Assembly: GCA_965198175.1 (NCBI GenBank)
Contig: OZ240245.1
Span: 1,440,001-1,504,000 of the forward strand
Source of the DNA: Candidatus Poribacteria bacterium
Lineage (GTDB): Bacteria; Poribacteria; WGA-4E; PCPOR2b
Direction of reading: 5' to 3'
DNA: 64,000 bases
Shown here in pieces: positions 59,409 to 64,000 of this stretch; the stretch's first letter is position 1, and each line of letters begins with the position of its first letter. A model generated the notes under the pieces. It made no database searches and was not told where the DNA came from. It worked only from the letters and a program-made list of their open reading frames with translations. Made by a program: the position numbers and the translations under genes.

Positions 59409-59437
59409 ATTTTAGCAAAGGCATCTTTGAAAGTCAA
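59409..59437 (-). promoter_or_regulatory. Promoter (extended -10) upstream of the citrate synthase-icd-mdh cluster
   Basis: Minus strand TTGACT, 17-bp spacer ending TGC, TAAAAT. Confidence 0.6.
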
Positions 59438-59745
59438 GACAAAACAAGGGAGAAAACCGTTATCATCATCTGTCCAAAGGCAAAAGCGTTCCTTGATACA
59501 ATAACATCATATATTCTCCCCCATCCCGATGTCTAAACATGTCAGAAGGATTGGTTACAGCCGGTGAGAATTTGAGGTAGGTGAATGTCCGAAAGCAGTT
59601 TATTCATCAATGAGGTAGCGATTATTTCAAATCGGTTACGGAAAGTATTTGGTCGCAAAGCAAATGAGGCTTGCCACACACATTGATTTTAAGCGGGCTC
59701 AGGAATTCCCAAAGCAGATTGATGAATTTTCGTGCTGATGTCTCC

Positions 59746-59782
59746 AAAAAAAAAGCCGGCAATCTCAATTGATTACCGGCTT
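59746..59782 (-). terminator. Terminator after gltB
   Basis: AAGCCGGTAATC / GATTGCCGGCTT stem with a T9 tail on the minus strand. Confidence 0.85.
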
Positions 59783-59849
59783 CAGCATAGCACTATGTGG
59801 CAACGGGACCTTCATCTCTAGCGCGGCTCGCTTCCAGCACTGATGGCGG

Positions 59850-62800
59850 CTACATCGGAGACACCTTCCGGAAGATTGGCAAGTAAGTATCCCAATTAGA
59901 TAAGATTTCTTTAGCCCGTTTACTGCCGGTAAGTTCCGCGTGACGTTCAATCTCCGTCACAAGCACCGTGATATCCTTATTGTCAGTCACAGGTTCTAAT
60001 TTCACAGATTGTGGATTATGATTTTCAGGGAGATTTTGCTTTTCGTCAAGGACATAAGCACTTCCACCCGTCATTCCTGCTCCAAGATTGCGACCCGTCT
60101 CACCGAGGATGATGACCACCCCACCGGTCATGTATTCGCAGGCGTGGTCGCCAACTCCCTCTACGACAGCGCATCCACCGCTGTTACGAACGCAGAATCG
60201 CTCACCAGCCTGGCCAGCTGCATAGAGGAAACCGCTTGTGGCACCATACATGACAGTATTGCCGATAATAACATTTTCATGGGAACGGAATCGGGCGTTT
60301 GCCGGAGGCTTGATGACTAGCTCTGCACCGGCCATACCTTTGCCGACATAGTCGTTGGCTTCGCCTGTGAGGATGAGACGCATCCCTTTGATGCAAAACG
60401 CCCCAAAGCTCTGACCGGCGCTCCCTCGGAAATAGCACTCAATCGTACCATCCGGCAAGCCTTGATCGCCATACCGGAAGGCGATTTCACCCGCTACAGT
60501 TGTCCCGACGGTTCGGTGGATGTTGCGAATCTCATAGGAGAGGGTAATGGGATTTTCCCCGGTCAAAGCGTCTTTGGCGTCCTGCAAGATTAAATCGTCG
60601 AGATGTGAATCTTCAAGTCTATTATTCCGTTCCCTCATGTGACGACGTGGTCGATTCCCGGTCGGATCGGATTGCGCCAAAATTGGGCTCAGGTTGAGGG
60701 TCGCTGCTTTCGGATGATCAGACAGGTCGACCTGCTCTAGAAATTCCGGACACCCTGTCACCTCCTTTAAGCTACGGAAACCCAGTTGGGCAAGGATTTC
60801 CCGCACCTCTTGGGCAACGCCCACCATAAAGTTAATTACCATCTCTGGAGTGCCACGGAACTTTGCCCGGAGCGAAGGGTCTTGTGTGGCGACTCCTACG
60901 GGGCACGTATTAAGGTGACATTGACGTGCTACAATGCAACCCGTTGCGACCATGGCTGTTGTACCGAATCCGTACTCTTCAGCGCCGAGCATCGCCGCAA
61001 CGACCACATCGCGTCCGGTGCGGAATCCACCATCTACACGGAGTACGACCCGTCCCCTAAGATCATTGCGCACAAGAGTTTCTTGGGTTTCCGCAAGTCC
61101 AAGTTCCCAGGGAACGCCTGCGTTCTTAATGGAGCTAAGCGGAGAAGCGCCCGTTCCTCCTTCATGACCGCTAATCTGGATGACGTCGGCGTATCCTTTG
61201 GCGACACCGGCAGCAATTGTCCCAACACCAGCCTCCGACACGAGTTTCACGGCTATTTTGGCGCGCGGATTCGCGTGTTTCAGGTCGTAGATGAGTTGGG
61301 CGAGATCTTCTATCGAATAGATGTCGTGGTGGGGCGGCGGAGAAATCAGGGGAACACCGGGCGTTGAATGACGAATTGCAGCGATTTCTGCCGTGACTTT
61401 GTGTCCAGGAATCTGACCACCCTCGCCCGGCTTCGACCCTTGTGCCATCTTAATCTCTATTTCTTTGGCTGAAGTCAGATATTCAGGTGTGACTCCAAAT
61501 CGCCCTGAAGCCACCTGCTTGATTGCGCTGGAAGCCAGATCCCCATTGGAACGCCGATGATAACGGGCTGAATCTTCGCCACCTTCTCCGCTGCCTGACT
61601 TGGCACCGATTCGGTTCATGCCGATGGCAATTGTCTCATGTGCTTCTCGGCTTAAAGCCCCGAAGGACATGCTTCCAGTTGAGAAACGCTGAAGAATCGA
61701 TTCAATAGAATCTACCTCTTCAACAGGGATGGGTTTCCCTTCCTTAAAAGTCAGAAGCTCACGAAGACTTGATTGCTCTCCCTTCTCTACTGCTTCTGCG
61801 TATGTTTTGTAATCTTCGTACTCGCCGCTCTCCGCTAGTCGATGGAGTGCCTTAAAGACAGAAGGATTAAAAGCGTGAAATTCCCCCGTTCTGCGAAAGC
61901 GAAAAGCACCCGATTCCTCAAGCGAATCTTTGCTATTGAGACCGAAAGCCTTCGTATGGAAATGGAGTACTTCCATAGCAATATCTGTAAAACCGATACC
62001 GCCCAACGGCGAGACAGTGCCAGTGAAACAAGTATTGATGACATTACTGTTGAGTCCGATTGCCTGGAAGATCTGTGCCCCACGGTAACTCGAAACGGTC
62101 GAGATTCCCATCTTCGACATAATCTTGAGAATGCCTTTCTCAACTGTCTGGCGGTAATTTGCCAACGCTTCCTCCAATGGGATGCCTTCAATTTCGCCTA
62201 TACTCACAAGATGAGCAATTGTTTCGAAAGCCACGTAAGGATTAATCGCGTTAGCACCATAACCGAGCAAAAGGGCGTAGTGATGTTCCTCTCGCGGTTC
62301 TCCGGTTTCCACCACCAGACTGGCCTGCATCCGCTTGCCTTCGCGAATAAGATGATGATGAACTGCCCCAACCGCTAGAAGCATGGGAATAGGTGCATGC
62401 TCTGCGTTCACGTCGCGATCGCTCAATATTAGGATGGTTACCCCGCTATCAACCGTAGACGCAGCTGTTTGACACAACTCCGTCAACGTTTTCTCTAACC
62501 CTTCCTTTCCCATTTCAACGGGGAAGAGGGTGGAAAGTGTGGTGGCTTGGAAATCGCGAGCATCAAAGTTTCTCAGCCACTGCAACTGTTCACGTGTTAG
62601 GATAGGGGAGGATAATTGAATCAATCGGGTGTGAGCTTCAGTCTCCTCAAGTAAACTCCGCCGCCGCCCTAGATAGGTCGAGAGAGACATCACGAGCCGC
62701 TCACGGAGCGAATCAATCGGAGGGTTGGTGACTTGCGCAAACAGTTGTTTGAAGTAGCTGTAAAGCAGCCGAGACTTTCGAGAGATAACTGCCGGGGGAG

Positions 62801-64000
62801 TGTCATCTCCAAGGGAACCGATCGCTTCCTTGACTTCAATAACCATCGGTTTTAAAAAGCGCTTCACATCCTCAATTGCGTATCCGAATGCTTTCTGTTG
62901 ACGGAGGAGAGTTTCAGGCTCTTCAATAGCTGTCTCGCCATTTTCGCTCTCAAGAGACTCTGGCTTTATCAGATTACGTTCCACCCATTGGGCGTACGGT
63001 TTTTTCTGGGCGACCTCCATTTTAATCTCCGCGTCCTTCAGAAGTTTTCCCTGTGCTGTATCCACTGCAATCATCTGTCCGGGACCTAAACGTCCTTTTT
63101 CTATCACTCGACTATCATCGAGCTCTATTAGTCCAACTTCTGAACCCATAATAACGATACCGTCCTCGGTCACTTTGTAGCGGGCCGGGCGCAATCCATT
63201 GCGATCTAAAGCTGCTCCGACAATCACCCCATCACTGAAAGCTACGGATGCGGGGCCATCCCACGGTTCACTGAGACAAGACAAGTATTCGTAGCAGCCT
63301 CGCAGCGTTGCATCCATACCAGGCATGTTCTCATACGCATCTGGAATTAGGCACATCGTCGCATGAAGGGGATTGCGTCCAGAGAGAGTTAAAAGTTCCA
63401 GGGCGTTGTCAAGGCTCATGGAATCACTGCCTTCAGGATCAATAATGGGTTTTAGTTTCTCCAATAGATTGCCCCATATCGGGGAATGAAGTTCCGGTTC
63501 CCGAGCGTGCATCCAATTGCGGTTTCCAAGCAGGGTGTTAATCTCCCCGTTGTGACCTAGCATGCGGAAAGGCTGTGCTAGAAACCAGTCAGGGAAAGTG
63601 TTGGTGCTGTAACGTTGATGAAAAATCGCCAGAGCTGTTTCAAATTCGGGGTCGCGTAAGTCTTGGTAAAATCGATCTAGTTGAGGCGCAACAAACAATC
63701 CTTTGTATACAACCGTGCGGTGGGAGAAGGATGGAATATAAAAATCTTGAATTCCCTTTTTCACTACATGGTGTTCAATTTCTTTACGTACCAGATAGAG
63801 GCGTTGTTCAAACATCTCATCTGTGAAACTACCTGGACGACCGACCAAGATCTGTTGAATTTCTGGCATGGTGGTCAGCGCTTTGTCACCGAGTATTGAG
63901 GCGTCTATCGGCACAGGACGCCAACCCAATAAAGGGAATTCATAGTAGGACAACAGCTCTTCGATAATGGTGCGACAACGCTCTTGAGCGGAAAGGTCAT
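59850..64000 (-). CDS. gltB: Glutamate synthase large subunit (5' end outside window)
   Basis: HQRYSTNT, HNGEINT, EPWDG, QVASGRFGV, KPGEGGQ, PPPHHDIYSIEDL, Cys cluster and GXGXG domain; frame open to the window edge. Confidence 0.97.
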   Translation of the reverse strand, partial: DLSAQERCRTIIEELLSYYEFPLLGWRPVPIDASILGDKALTTMPEIQQILVGRPGSFTDEMFEQRLYLVRKEIEHHVVKKGIQDFYIPSFSHRTVVYKGLFVAPQLDRFYQDLRDPEFETALAIFHQRYSTNTFPDWFLAQPFRMLGHNGEINTLLGNRNWMHAREPELHSPIWGNLLEKLKPIIDPEGSDSMSLDNALELLTLSGRNPLHATMCLIPDAYENMPGMDATLRGCYEYLSCLSEPWDGPASVAFSDGVIVGAALDRNGLRPARYKVTEDGIVIMGSEVGLIELDDSRVIEKGRLGPGQMIAVDTAQGKLLKDAEIKMEVAQKKPYAQWVERNLIKPESLESENGETAIEEPETLLRQQKAFGYAIEDVKRFLKPMVIEVKEAIGSLGDDTPPAVISRKSRLLYSYFKQLFAQVTNPPIDSLRERLVMSLSTYLGRRRSLLEETEAHTRLIQLSSPILTREQLQWLRNFDARDFQATTLSTLFPVEMGKEGLEKTLTELCQTAASTVDSGVTILILSDRDVNAEHAPIPMLLAVGAVHHHLIREGKRMQASLVVETGEPREEHHYALLLGYGANAINPYVAFETIAHLVSIGEIEGIPLEEALANYRQTVEKGILKIMSKMGISTVSSYRGAQIFQAIGLNSNVINTCFTGTVSPLGGIGFTDIAMEVLHFHTKAFGLNSKDSLEESGAFRFRRTGEFHAFNPSVFKALHRLAESGEYEDYKTYAEAVEKGEQSSLRELLTFKEGKPIPVEEVDSIESILQRFSTGSMSFGALSREAHETIAIGMNRIGAKSGSGEGGEDSARYHRRSNGDLASSAIKQVASGRFGVTPEYLTSAKEIEIKMAQGSKPGEGGQIPGHKVTAEIAAIRHSTPGVPLISPPPHHDIYSIEDLAQLIYDLKHANPRAKIAVKLVSEAGVGTIAAGVAKGYADVIQISGHEGGTGASPLSSIKNAGVPWELGLAETQETLVRNDLRGRVVLRVDGGFRTGRDVVVAAMLGAEEYGFGTTAMVATGCIVARQCHLNTCPVGVATQDPSLRAKFRGTPEMVINFMVGVAQEVREILAQLGFRSLKEVTGCPEFLEQVDLSDHPKAATLNLSPILAQSDPTGNRPRRHMRERNNRLEDSHLDDLILQDAKDALTGENPITLSYEIRNIHRTVGTTVAGEIAFRYGDQGLPDGTIECYFRGSAGQSFGAFCIKGMRLILTGEANDYVGKGMAGAELVIKPPANARFRSHENVIIGNTVMYGATSGFLYAAGQAGERFCVRNSGGCAVVEGVGDHACEYMTGGVVIILGETGRNLGAGMTGGSAYVLDEKQNLPENHNPQSVKLEPVTDNKDITVLVTEIERHAELTGSKRAKEILSNWDTYLPIFRKVSPM

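Overview
Bacterial chromosomal window. Gene content points to Candidatus Poribacteria or a similar sponge-associated lineage (inference from 'NYPNPF' FlgD/T9SS-type C-termini, the short 'V-x4-KLxxxWxx(I/L)K' C-terminal tag, and expanded PhyH, LamG and DUF6785-like families). The first ~20 kb encodes two giant acidic Ig-repeat surface proteins (~2040 and ~3235 aa), followed by a PorV-family barrel and a LysM protein. The ~20-37 kb accessory segment holds a degenerate AccA-like protein, a CDP-alcohol phosphatidyltransferase, a REP-flanked coiled-coil repeat gene, two paralogous polytopic transporters, an arthropod hemocyanin/prophenoloxidase-like protein with altered copper ligands, PhyH dioxygenases, three tagged secreted beta-sandwich proteins, a second PorV and an OmpA lipoprotein. 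The right part has a DUF2089/SHOCT/DUF4097 operon, ureEFG without urease subunits, a MetE-like enzyme, TPR/propeller, GH127-like and VWA proteins, tilS-hpt, a TsdA-like diheme cytochrome, a divergent citrate synthase-icd-mdh cluster and a gltB cut by the window edge. Intergenic DNA carries several GTAG/CTAC-type REP-like families; tandem duplications of 7, 9, 12 and 234 bp all begin exactly at a REP CTAC end. No rRNA, tRNA, CRISPR array or transposase was recognised. All calls come from reading motifs by eye, without database searches.
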